Shown: piece by piece, positions 17,815-26,016 of the stretch
Numbering within the stretch: the first letter of the stretch is position 1
How the letters are laid out: every line of letters starts with the position of its first letter
Virus record (IMG/VR): IMGVR_UViG_2630968705_000016
Origin: a virus
Taxonomy: Duplodnaviria; Heunggongvirae; Uroviricota; Caudoviricetes
Direction: 5' to 3' (one strand)
DNA: 26,472 bases
Translations under genes and position numbers: made by a program
Notes under the pieces: model-generated
Database searches by the model: none
Seen by the model: only the letters and a program-made list of their open reading frames with translations
What the model was told of the DNA's origin: nothing

Positions 17815-18485
17815 TTACCCACATAGCTCATAAACATCTCAATCGTGCCGTATACGAAAAAGGCGGTGATGGTGGTGCCTCTAAAGCTCAGGCGAAGGCC
17901 CAGCAGCAGGCAATTGATTTGCAGCGCGAGCAGTGGAATACGGTGATGAATAATCTCAAGCCGTATGCAGAAGTCGGATTGCCTGCTTTACAACAACTAC
18001 AAGGACTGATGACTCTGGAAGGGCAGAATAAAGCCGCGAATGATTTCTTTGGTTCTGGTTTATATAAAACACAGGCAGATCAGGCCCGTTATCAGAACCT
18101 TGTCTCAGCAGAAGCTACCGGGGGGCTTGGCTCAACAGCTACCAGTAACCAGTTATCTTCCATTGCGCCCATGCTTTATAACAATTGGCTCAGTGGGCAA
18201 ATGCAAAATTATGGAAACCTGCTAAATGTCGGGATGAATGCGGCATCAGGGCAGGCAACGGCAGGGCAAAACTACGCCAATAATACCGGACAACTCTTGC
18301 AGGGGCTTGGCGCTATTCGTGCAGGTCAGGCGCAGCAGCCATCCAGTCTTGCGCGTGGTATTGGTGGGGCAGCATCAGGCGCTTTAGCGGGTGCGCAACT
18401 TGGTTCCGTTGTTCCTGGAATAGGAACTGCGGCCGGCGCTATTGGTGGTGGGCTTATTGGTCTTGTTGGGGGGCTTGGATTCTAA
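17808..18485 (+). CDS. Hypothetical protein with glycine-zipper-like C-terminus (225 aa), internal-virion/ejection-like
   Basis: Q/A/N/G-rich; C-terminal GIGGAASGALAGAQLGSVVPGIGTAAGAIGGGLIGLVGGLGF suggests a membrane-inserting glycine zipper. Coupled to flanking genes. Confidence 0.75.
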   Translation: MLITHIAHKHLNRAVYEKGGDGGASKAQAKAQQQAIDLQREQWNTVMNNLKPYAEVGLPALQQLQGLMTLEGQNKAANDFFGSGLYKTQADQARYQNLVSAEATGGLGSTATSNQLSSIAPMLYNNWLSGQMQNYGNLLNVGMNAASGQATAGQNYANNTGQLLQGLGAIRAGQAQQPSSLARGIGGAASGALAGAQLGSVVPGIGTAAGAIGGGLIGLVGGLGF

Positions 18486-19804
18486 TGGCGACATGGCAAC
18501 TTGGCGGGCTGCCTAGCATGGCACCGCAAAATGATAATGCTCCTCGTTCTTCCGTTCCTCAGCCTGTGCAGTATCAGCAGCAGCCAAACGTAGGTTTAAT
18601 GGCGCTACAGGGGCTAAGAGGCGTTGCTGAGATTAATCAGCAGGCGCAAATTTCCCAGCAGTTAAAAGAATATCAGGCACGGTTGGGTAGTGCGGTAGCT
18701 AATAATGATCGTGTTGGCGTGCAGAAGTTAATGGCCCAGTATCCCCAGTTTATGGCTGATTCTCAAAAACAGATGGGATTCATTGATGCTGAGCAAAATC
18801 GACAGACCGCTGACGCTGCCATGAATCTGCGTCTTGCGTCACAAACTGGAGATCCACTGACCATGCAGAAGGCCATTCAGCAGGCAAATCCAGTATTACA
18901 GCGATTTGGTCTTCCTGCTGAAGAGGTTTATCAGTCTTGGCAGAATGACCCACAGGAATTCAACAGAATCACTGACCTCATCCACCTCCATGCTGATCCA
19001 AATAGTTACTTTAGTGTTCAAGAGAAGCAGCAAGGGCAGAGCATTGCACAGCAGAACGCAGATACATCCGCATATAATGCTCAGGTTAATGCGGAACAGG
19101 GTAATCGACGTCTCGATATGGAGCAGTTCAAAGTCCTATCCGATAACCAACTACGCACGAGAGAAATGGTTCTGAAAGCACGACTTGGACGTGCTCAAAA
19201 TGACATCGAGAGAGACAAGCTCAATGCTGAACTGAGCAAGATACAGCAGGCGAAAGTGGAGAAGATGAACGATAAAATTAATACTGTTGCAGGTAACATC
19301 GACTCCTTGAACTCTGCGCTTGAAGTGGGTCATGAACTGGCGGGAATTGTAGGGAAACATCCTTCGGCCGTTACCCGCTCGCAGAACTATAACCCCCTGA
19401 CGCTGGGGTTTGGATTCCTTCCTGATGTAGCAGAAGACACACGAAGCCTACGCGCCAAAGCTGATGAATACAACCTAAAGGTTATTCTGCCTAGCCTCAA
19501 AGGGACTTTTGGCTCTAACCCAACCGAAGGGGAAAGGGCTGCCCTTATGCAATCTCAAAATGGCATTAAGTCAGCAACCAGCAATGAGGCATTTTTGCGA
19601 GAGTTGAATAAAGCGCAGGACGTAATTATTCGAATGCAGAAACGACAGATTGCCGGGCTCGGTATTCCTGTAACCAAATCTAAGGACGAAGAAACTGATA
19701 CCAAAATGCTGTTGCAGGATCCTTCACTGGTTAAGGATTATGTGACCGCACATGGCTATCTGCCGGAAAGTTACTATCAGGCAAAACTTAAGGGATGGCA
19801 ATGA
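18485..19804 (+). CDS. Hypothetical Q-rich protein (439 aa), internal-virion/ejection-like
   Basis: Start overlaps the upstream stop (TAATG); low-complexity Q/N/A-rich composition typical of phage internal core proteins. Confidence 0.8.
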   Translation: MATWQLGGLPSMAPQNDNAPRSSVPQPVQYQQQPNVGLMALQGLRGVAEINQQAQISQQLKEYQARLGSAVANNDRVGVQKLMAQYPQFMADSQKQMGFIDAEQNRQTADAAMNLRLASQTGDPLTMQKAIQQANPVLQRFGLPAEEVYQSWQNDPQEFNRITDLIHLHADPNSYFSVQEKQQGQSIAQQNADTSAYNAQVNAEQGNRRLDMEQFKVLSDNQLRTREMVLKARLGRAQNDIERDKLNAELSKIQQAKVEKMNDKINTVAGNIDSLNSALEVGHELAGIVGKHPSAVTRSQNYNPLTLGFGFLPDVAEDTRSLRAKADEYNLKVILPSLKGTFGSNPTEGERAALMQSQNGIKSATSNEAFLRELNKAQDVIIRMQKRQIAGLGIPVTKSKDEETDTKMLLQDPSLVKDYVTAHGYLPESYYQAKLKGWQ

Positions 19805-22521
19805 TGGCACAACTGACAGAAAAACAGAAAGCCTATTCCCGTCATCTCGATGAAAAATATGGTTTCCCATCAGGGACGATGGAAACATTAGTTGGCAATG
19901 AATCTAGTGGTAACGGAAGTGCCGAGTCACCGAAAGGAGCTAGAGGATTTGCTCAACTGATGCCCTCAGTAATGAGTGATGCTGGTTATCGTGGAACAGA
20001 TCCGCGCTCACTGCCATTTGAAAAGCAAATGGATATCGCAGCAAACCATCTCAATAAAGGAATGAAGCGATTTGGTGATATAGGTATGGCATTGGCTGGG
20101 TATAATTCTGGCTATGCTCGTATTAATGCCGTCAGAAACGGTAAATCTACACTGCCAGATGAAACGGCTAATTACGTAAGTAAATTTGCAGATGCCGGAA
20201 TAATCCCTGATGACAGTGAAATCTTGCAGTTTGCACAAACCAGTCAACATCGCAATCTTCAGCAGCCTGACTACTCAGAGCTTGATAAAGAAATCTCTCA
20301 GGTGGGAGATATTTCTGCATGGGAAGCAAAACGTCAGCAATTTAAGAACATAGAAGCAGGACTACCAACAGCCAGTTCATGGGAGCAGAAAAGAGCTCAG
20401 TTTCTCGCCGATGAAAATGCCGGGGAACCGCAGCAGCAAGTAGCCAAGTCTAACCTTAATCCTGAGATGGAATATCTTTCGCCAGGACTGAAAGCTGCGC
20501 CAGAGCAGATGGCCAGAGGGATTGCTAATATACCGTTTGATGTAATGGACGCAGGCGTGGGGGTAGTCAATGCGGCGCAATCAGCCGGAGCATGGGCAGC
20601 TCAGAAGCTTGGTGTGGGTGATGGCACATACACGCCCATATCACCTGTCTTTCGCCCAGTAGACCAACCTACAGATCCATACGCGCAGGCTGGTGAGCAG
20701 CTAGCACCTTACCTTATTACAGGATTAGGTGTAGGAAAGGCAGCTACCGCAGCTTCTTCAGTTGCCAACGCTCCACGTGCTGAACGTGCGGCCACAAAGG
20801 TGGCTAGTATGTTGGCAGAAAACCTGCCAGGTACATTGGTGAACGCCCAAAAGAACGGGCAGATCAGCCCAGAAGACCTAGCAAAAGAGACAGGTATTGG
20901 CCTAGCAGGATCGCTAGGAGCACGCGCTTTAATAAAGAGCGGACAGACAGCCAGTGACGTAATGCGAGATGTATTGCGGAGTAATACAAATCAATCAGGC
21001 CATGTGTTAGGGGCAGCAAATACTCTGGAAACCGCCAATGATGTATCGAAAGCAGCGCGTTCTGCCGTAGGCCGAGAGCATATCGCATCGCAGGCATCAA
21101 ACGTCAGAGATGATGTCGCTAAGGCGGCGAAAATCACTGGTATTAATATCAACACCCTGACGCCTGGAATGCGCTCAGGTAGTCGTGGAATTGCCCAAGC
21201 AGAAGGTGTTCTGGCATCAACTCCTGGGAATGTTCAGGATGCTCACCTTACGGCCTTCAATGAAATATCCTCAAAGTTGAATAAGCAGTTGTCTGATTTC
21301 GGTGCTGAGTCTGGAAGCGCATCAGAAAAAAGCGCAGCAATTAAAGAGCGCATCATCGCGAGCCTCAGTGATATGAAAACAGCAGAGAATATGGCATGGG
21401 CAGAACTGCGAAGCACGATGCCACGCGAAAGGATGAAAATGAGTAATGGGATGGCTGTCGTCCAAGCAGAAAAAGCAGCCAATGTTCCACTCAGCCCGGA
21501 GATGAAACAGTTTCAGGCTGCCAACAACCAAGGTGGCGGCATAACCTTCGACGGGATGAAGGCATGGCGTGCTAAGTTTGCTGATGCTGAACAAGCAAAC
21601 ACCCGGGCAGGTAAGGCCAATGCCGCCCGGATTGCCGGAGAAATGCGCAGAGCTATCACTGATGACATGCGCATCATGGCTGAAAAAGGAAACTTCCTCA
21701 CAGAATGGCAGAAAGCTAACGATCTCTCTAAAAGTTACATTATCGCCAAACAAAATGCCGAATCTGTTTTTGGTCGAGATCTCGCATCAGACGCTATGGT
21801 AAGAAAAGGTGCCGATACGCTTAAGGCATCCGCAAACACTGGAACGGGAGCTTTTCACCGTCTTATCTCCGCGCTGCCGGAAGCAGAACGCCAACCTGCA
21901 ATAGCATCTATTCTTCAGCATGCTGTGGCGCAGGGAGAGAAGGGAGGAATCGGTGAAGAGTCAGGTATCCAGTATTTTGCCAAGCTCATGACCCAGCAGA
22001 ATGTAAACGCCATCAGTCGTCATGCGCCAGATCTCGGTAGAATGATGAAAGAGTTCGGTGTACTCGCTAAAGCCAGTACCAGACCGCAGCGATACGTAGA
22101 GCGCACGGGAAGAACAACTGAGGCTCTCAAAACGCTCGATTCAGGCCTTCCAAAGATCGTCGGCGTGATTATGAACGGTGTTCAACAGTCAGGTGCGATC
22201 GCTGGAGGCTTTGGCGGTGGTGTAATTGGTTCGATTAGTGGTTTGGTTGCTGGTGGCGCGCTAAGAAATGCTGTGGCTAAGATTGGGGCGACAAGAAGTG
22301 GTCGATATGCGATAGAGAAAGCCGTTCAGGAAGCTACAAAAGCAGTGCGCGCAGGGGCATCACCAGCAGCGATCGCCGCAGCAGAGAAACGATTTTCGGC
22401 CAATAAAATTGCCATGAAAGCAATTCGTGATGCCGTTGGGGCTGAAGAATTCGTGAAACTGACAAGGGCCGGGATTGTAGCTACCCTCAGTGGCATGAAA
22501 GATGTTAGCGAATGGGAATAG
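19795..22521 (+). CDS. Large protein with N-terminal lytic transglycosylase (SLT) domain (908 aa), T7 gp16-like architecture
   Basis: N-terminal motifs ESSGN (catalytic Glu context), GFAQLMP and AGYNSGYA match SLT family signatures. The remainder is long and A/G/Q/S-rich with a glycine-rich segment (GAIAGGFGGGVIGSISGLVAGG) near the C-terminus. Confidence 0.88.
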   Translation: MAMMAQLTEKQKAYSRHLDEKYGFPSGTMETLVGNESSGNGSAESPKGARGFAQLMPSVMSDAGYRGTDPRSLPFEKQMDIAANHLNKGMKRFGDIGMALAGYNSGYARINAVRNGKSTLPDETANYVSKFADAGIIPDDSEILQFAQTSQHRNLQQPDYSELDKEISQVGDISAWEAKRQQFKNIEAGLPTASSWEQKRAQFLADENAGEPQQQVAKSNLNPEMEYLSPGLKAAPEQMARGIANIPFDVMDAGVGVVNAAQSAGAWAAQKLGVGDGTYTPISPVFRPVDQPTDPYAQAGEQLAPYLITGLGVGKAATAASSVANAPRAERAATKVASMLAENLPGTLVNAQKNGQISPEDLAKETGIGLAGSLGARALIKSGQTASDVMRDVLRSNTNQSGHVLGAANTLETANDVSKAARSAVGREHIASQASNVRDDVAKAAKITGININTLTPGMRSGSRGIAQAEGVLASTPGNVQDAHLTAFNEISSKLNKQLSDFGAESGSASEKSAAIKERIIASLSDMKTAENMAWAELRSTMPRERMKMSNGMAVVQAEKAANVPLSPEMKQFQAANNQGGGITFDGMKAWRAKFADAEQANTRAGKANAARIAGEMRRAITDDMRIMAEKGNFLTEWQKANDLSKSYIIAKQNAESVFGRDLASDAMVRKGADTLKASANTGTGAFHRLISALPEAERQPAIASILQHAVAQGEKGGIGEESGIQYFAKLMTQQNVNAISRHAPDLGRMMKEFGVLAKASTRPQRYVERTGRTTEALKTLDSGLPKIVGVIMNGVQQSGAIAGGFGGGVIGSISGLVAGGALRNAVAKIGATRSGRYAIEKAVQEATKAVRAGASPAAIAAAEKRFSANKIAMKAIRDAVGAEEFVKLTRAGIVATLSGMKDVSEWE

Positions 22522-22671
22522 ACGCTCTAACTAACAAAACCATAATAGCCAAGGACGGCATACTGATATTGAGCCAACTATCAAAATTCCATATCACATT
22601 ACGAGCCTGTGGCTTACATTCGCTTACAGTGATGATAATTTATAACCACGCAATTCTTAGGTGAGATTATC

Positions 22672-23370
22672 ATGATTAAAAATCTTCTTTTAATATTATC
22701 CCTGTCATTATTGGCTGGATGCGTACAAAAACCGTTAGTAACGGTCAATGCTTTATCTTCCGGGCAATCTGTCGGTAAGAAGTTCTTGATCATCCCCGCA
22801 AGCCAAGAACTTTGGAACACCAAACAGATTGAATACACTCAAATAGCTACGGTAGTAGCCGCCAGTTTATCAAGCCAAGGATATACACAAGTTAAAGATG
22901 AAAAATTGGCTGACCAGGTAATTCTCTTGAACTTTTTGAGAAGTGGGGCCATTTCAAATACTCGTAATGTAACCATCCCAATATACGGGCAAACTGGTGT
23001 GAGCTCAGCAACAACGTACGGAAACTCGAACACCACGTTCAATAGTTATGGTGGTGGCTACGGTACAGCTAATACCACTGGAACGGCAACAACAGTTTAT
23101 ACGCCTACTTATGGAATTACTGGCGCGTATAACACAACTGTGACGGACACGTTCTACGGCGCAGGGGTGATACTCCAGTCGTTTGATGCCAAGGCTTATC
23201 TCAATAATCGGCAGATTAATATGTTATGGAAAGTTGGTAGCTCAGTCGTCTCGCAACAGTCTGATGGAATTGCTGATTACAAAGGGTTGGCGAGAATAGC
23301 CGCTAGCTATGCCGGGAAAAATACAGAAGGTGATATAACTTTTAATGTTGACCCTAAAGCACCAAATTAA
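22672..23370 (+). CDS. Putative lipoprotein (232 aa)
   Basis: Signal peptide with lipobox LLAG|C; AGGTGAG RBS; T/G/N/Y-rich central region; lower GC than neighbours. Confidence 0.8.
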   Translation: MIKNLLLILSLSLLAGCVQKPLVTVNALSSGQSVGKKFLIIPASQELWNTKQIEYTQIATVVAASLSSQGYTQVKDEKLADQVILLNFLRSGAISNTRNVTIPIYGQTGVSSATTYGNSNTTFNSYGGGYGTANTTGTATTVYTPTYGITGAYNTTVTDTFYGAGVILQSFDAKAYLNNRQINMLWKVGSSVVSQQSDGIADYKGLARIAASYAGKNTEGDITFNVDPKAPN

Positions 23371-23377
23371 CTAATAA

Positions 23378-23427
23378 GCCCGGTACGCCGGGCATTCATG
23401 CCCCTATTATTCATGAATCGCTTTTTC
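23378..23427 (+). terminator. Terminator-like tandem hairpins downstream of the lipoprotein gene
   Basis: GCCCGG-TACG-CCGGGC hairpin (23378-23393), then ATTCATG...CATGAAT hairpin (23394-23418), followed by CGCTTTTTC. Confidence 0.4.
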
Positions 23428-23584
23428 TGGAAGGTATGCGACAAACGTTAAGTGACATTGCCTACACATTCGGGGCTCAAATCCGCTCCCAGTTGATGGG
23501 GCCGTTACAGTACGCGCATATCCGCTTTATGTGAAACAGGAAGATTTTTCTGATATCACTGCCACAGCAAAACACCAATTTCGA

Positions 23585-23600
23585 GACAAGTACGCGCGCG
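23585..23600. repeat. GACAAGTACGCGCGCG motif, copy 1
   Basis: Exact 16-mer with an alternating (CG) tract; a degenerate copy (GACCAGTACGCACACG) follows at about 23638-23653. Confidence 0.6.
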
Positions 23601-23870
23601 AGGGGTATCAGTTGCAAAATTTTTTGCAACTGCGTCCGACCAGTACGCACACGATGGCGGGGGATACCATAAAAGTGTTCTCTACATGAGACAGAGTGGT
23701 GGTGATGTGTTGATTATCGGCGTATATGCGCACAGGACGCGCTATGACAATGTTTTATGCGGGTACACCAATCACATGTATCTGACGTGATAAATCGCGT
23801 TACATGACATCTCATGTTGTGCTGGTGGTTATCACGACGTTCTGAATCTGGCCTTTGCCTGATATTTTGC

Positions 23871-23886
23871 GACAAGTACGCGCGCG
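23871..23886. repeat. GACAAGTACGCGCGCG motif, copy 2
   Basis: Exact 16-mer in the context ATTTTGCGACAAGTACGCGCGCGTAGCATC. Confidence 0.6.
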
Positions 23887-23914
23887 TAGCATCGACAGCA
23901 TACACATTGGATAT

Positions 23915-24136
23915 TCATTTTGTGACCAATGCGATAAGTAGCGGGATAAGAATTGATAAAATCAACAGGCCGATGATCCACTTTTGATTTTCACTGGCCT
24001 TATCTCTATTTTCATCAATCTTATCAATAATTCGACGCTCCAGGCCGTGCATATCACCGCGAATGGCAATCATCTCATTGCGAACATCCGAGAAGTGGTT
24101 GGCTTGATGTTCAATGTGTGGCGTTCTGCCTTTCAT
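23915..24136 (-). CDS. Small putative membrane protein (73 aa)
   Basis: AGGTGAGGA RBS on the minus strand; charged N-terminal region and C-terminal hydrophobic helix WIIGLLILSILIPLLIALV. Confidence 0.5.
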   Translation of the reverse strand: MKGRTPHIEHQANHFSDVRNEMIAIRGDMHGLERRIIDKIDENRDKASENQKWIIGLLILSILIPLLIALVTK

Positions 24137-24215
24137 TCCTGATCCTCACCTATCGTCACCACCTGCTGGTGTATAAAGGTATTGGCCCAAGCAGCTTTCC
24201 AATGGGCACTCATGT

Positions 24216-24671
24216 TTATACGCTGACCTTACAATCAATCACCGCTTTTAACTTTTCAGCATTGCTTCCCTGACGCTTCCACGCGCTGTAAATATCTTTA
24301 TCCCACGCTTTACCAGCTTTTGTTTGATAGCCTGCTTCATTGATCCGTTCAGCTATCACACGCCCATTATCAAATCCCTGTCGGATGGTATCGGCAATGA
24401 TCTTTATAACTGCCGTTTCGTTATATGGCTTTGGTGGGATGTTCGGCTTTCCGGCAATAAGCGACGCAGCAGCTTTTTCCATGCGCTCCACCAGCCCAAG
24501 CATTCGTGAATCAATAGACTTTTCCGGCTGTCCCAGCTTCATGCGAATCGCATCAACAAGCCAGGAGGTTTTATCCCCTCCAGAAGCGAGAACAGACCGA
24601 TTAAACTCATCCTGCAATTCAGATGGGATGCGGAACGCGACCAGATTAGATTTGCTCATTGCAAAGACCAT
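24216..24671 (-). CDS. Putative DNA-binding regulatory protein (RHH-like N-terminus), 147-151 aa
   Basis: N-terminus SNLVAFRIPSELQDEFNRSV...SWLVDAIRMKL has a beta-strand/helix/helix pattern; start is ATG at 24671 or 24659. Transcribed divergently from the PerC-like gene, with iteron cluster 2 between them. Confidence 0.65.
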   Translation of the reverse strand: MVFAMSKSNLVAFRIPSELQDEFNRSVLASGGDKTSWLVDAIRMKLGQPEKSIDSRMLGLVERMEKAAASLIAGKPNIPPKPYNETAVIKIIADTIRQGFDNGRVIAERINEAGYQTKAGKAWDKDIYSAWKRQGSNAEKLKAVIDCKVSV

Positions 24672-24773
24672 ATCAGTGAGTAATATCCATACAGTATATC
24701 ACTGTATAACACTGTTATACGCTCAAATATCAGCCAGAAAATAACGGGCCAATCACAAAGCTATCGCTGTGTT

Positions 24774-24894
24774 GTTGGTTCAGAGCTGGGCTGTGTTGGT
24801 TCAAAATGAGTTGATGTTGGTTCAATATTTTAGAAAAAACATAATAAAAACAACAATCTTTACAAATTGAACCAACTGAACCAACTGAACCAAC
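24774..24894. repeat. Iteron cluster 2 (inverted copy of cluster 1)
   Basis: GTTGGTTCA at 24774-24782, 24795-24803 and 24816-24824; AT-rich spacer; three tandem TGAACCAAC at 24868-24894. Its reverse complement aligns with cluster 1, with about 45 bp identical at the tandem end. Confidence 0.75.
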
Positions 24895-24930
24895 ACCTTT
24901 TTGCTTATCTATATAATCTGAGAGGCAGAA

Positions 24931-25212
24931 ATGATAAGGGACAGGAAAGCTGAAGAGCTGGAGTCAAAAGGGCTATACCGGAGAGCTGCCGCACGATGGA
25001 TGGAAGTCATGCTGTTATGCAGCGAGGACGATGATCGGGAATGGATAAAGCGCCGCCGTGAAACGTGTCTGGAGAACGTGAAGCGCCCGCCCGTGAAGGT
25101 TGAGGAATTTGGCGACCTGCATAAAGCTGTTACCGAAACGCAACACCGCATGGGGATAGCGCAACCGAACGGTAACGCCTTCCGGTTAAATGGCGGTAAG
25201 AGGCAAAGGTAG
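24931..25212 (+). CDS. PerC-family transcriptional activator-like protein (93 aa)
   Basis: GAGAGG RBS; MIRDRKAEELESKGLYRRAAARWMEVM... matches my recollection of the PerC/Pch N-terminal signature. Confidence 0.7.
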   Translation: MIRDRKAEELESKGLYRRAAARWMEVMLLCSEDDDREWIKRRRETCLENVKRPPVKVEEFGDLHKAVTETQHRMGIAQPNGNAFRLNGGKRQR

Positions 25213-25260
25213 ACCACCAGAGGGAAATCATCCTCTGGCTGGCGGTTTCTGGTATTTCGG

Positions 25261-25278
25261 GACAAGTACGCGCGCGCG
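25261..25278. repeat. GACAAGTACGCGCGCG motif, copy 3 (one extra CG unit)
   Basis: GACAAGTACGCGCGCGCG in the context TATTTCGGGACAAGTACGCGCGCGCGTAGCACC, sharing about 30 bp of context with copy 2. Confidence 0.6.
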
Positions 25279-25509
25279 TAGCACCCAATCGGTGAGGAAA
25301 TAGCGGCGACCTGAATGGTCAAAATCACAACGCAGCTATCCCCGTAAGCAGCGCTTAACGGAATAGCAGTAACCTGAATCCAGTGGGGAGGGGGTAGTCA
25401 AATCTCTACAGCCCTGACTATCCGGGACTGCCCGCCCCATCGTTTTTTTATACCCGCGAAAAATGAAATTTAATCCGGGCGTGTTTCATCCTTCCAGAGG
25501 GTATGACGT

Positions 25510-25695
25510 ATGACACCACGCGAAATAGCTTTATTGACCACCGCCAAACTGGAGCACGAAGGCCACCAGCTAACCCCGGCAGATCAACGGGAGATAGAAC
25601 GCTCAGTTAATGCCAATATAGCCCGGCGTGACAAATTTCGCGAAATGATGCGATCACCCGCCTACCAGTGGAAGAAGCCTGCGCCGCGCAGGTAG
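25510..25695 (+). CDS. Small hypothetical protein (61 aa)
   Basis: ORF with AGAGGG upstream; basic protein; no domain recognised. Confidence 0.45.
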   Translation: MTPREIALLTTAKLEHEGHQLTPADQREIERSVNANIARRDKFREMMRSPAYQWKKPAPRR

Positions 25696-26016
25696 ATTAC
25701 CTTTATTCACCTTTATATATTCGAACAACAAAACCTCTCGCAGGTCTCGCCAATAAAGGGATATAGCAGTAACTATGACCGCCGAATGGCAAAGCTACGA
25801 TGCAAGTCGCTGGTTTCCAAACTTGAGGTTTCCAGGACGGTTTCAACCAAATTGCGGATTATCAGCCAAACGCACCGGGTATCTTGCGCGGTGGATGGTG
25901 AGCCATCACGCAGAATCTTTAAATGGCATTTTACGATGGGCAATACCCGTGGTTATATGCGATTATTAACGGTAGTGGACAGTTATAGACGAAAACATAC
26001 GGCAGGAGATTGGATA

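Noticed and set aside
20008-21802. Minus-strand and off-frame ORFs within the 908-aa SLT protein gene
   Set aside because: Embedded in a long, well-supported CDS coupled to upstream genes; no independent signals.
24681-24720. Possible LexA (SOS) box upstream of the RHH-like gene
   Set aside because: The sequence contains ACAG-N7-CTGT and CTGT direct repeats but not the CTGT-N8-ACAG arrangement of a LexA operator on either strand.
25786-26016. N-terminal extension of the DUF4065 ORF and overlapping 64-aa ORF 25775..25969
   Set aside because: W/R-rich implausible translations without good RBS; the DUF4065 homology begins at the ATG at 26017, which has a proper AGGAGA RBS.
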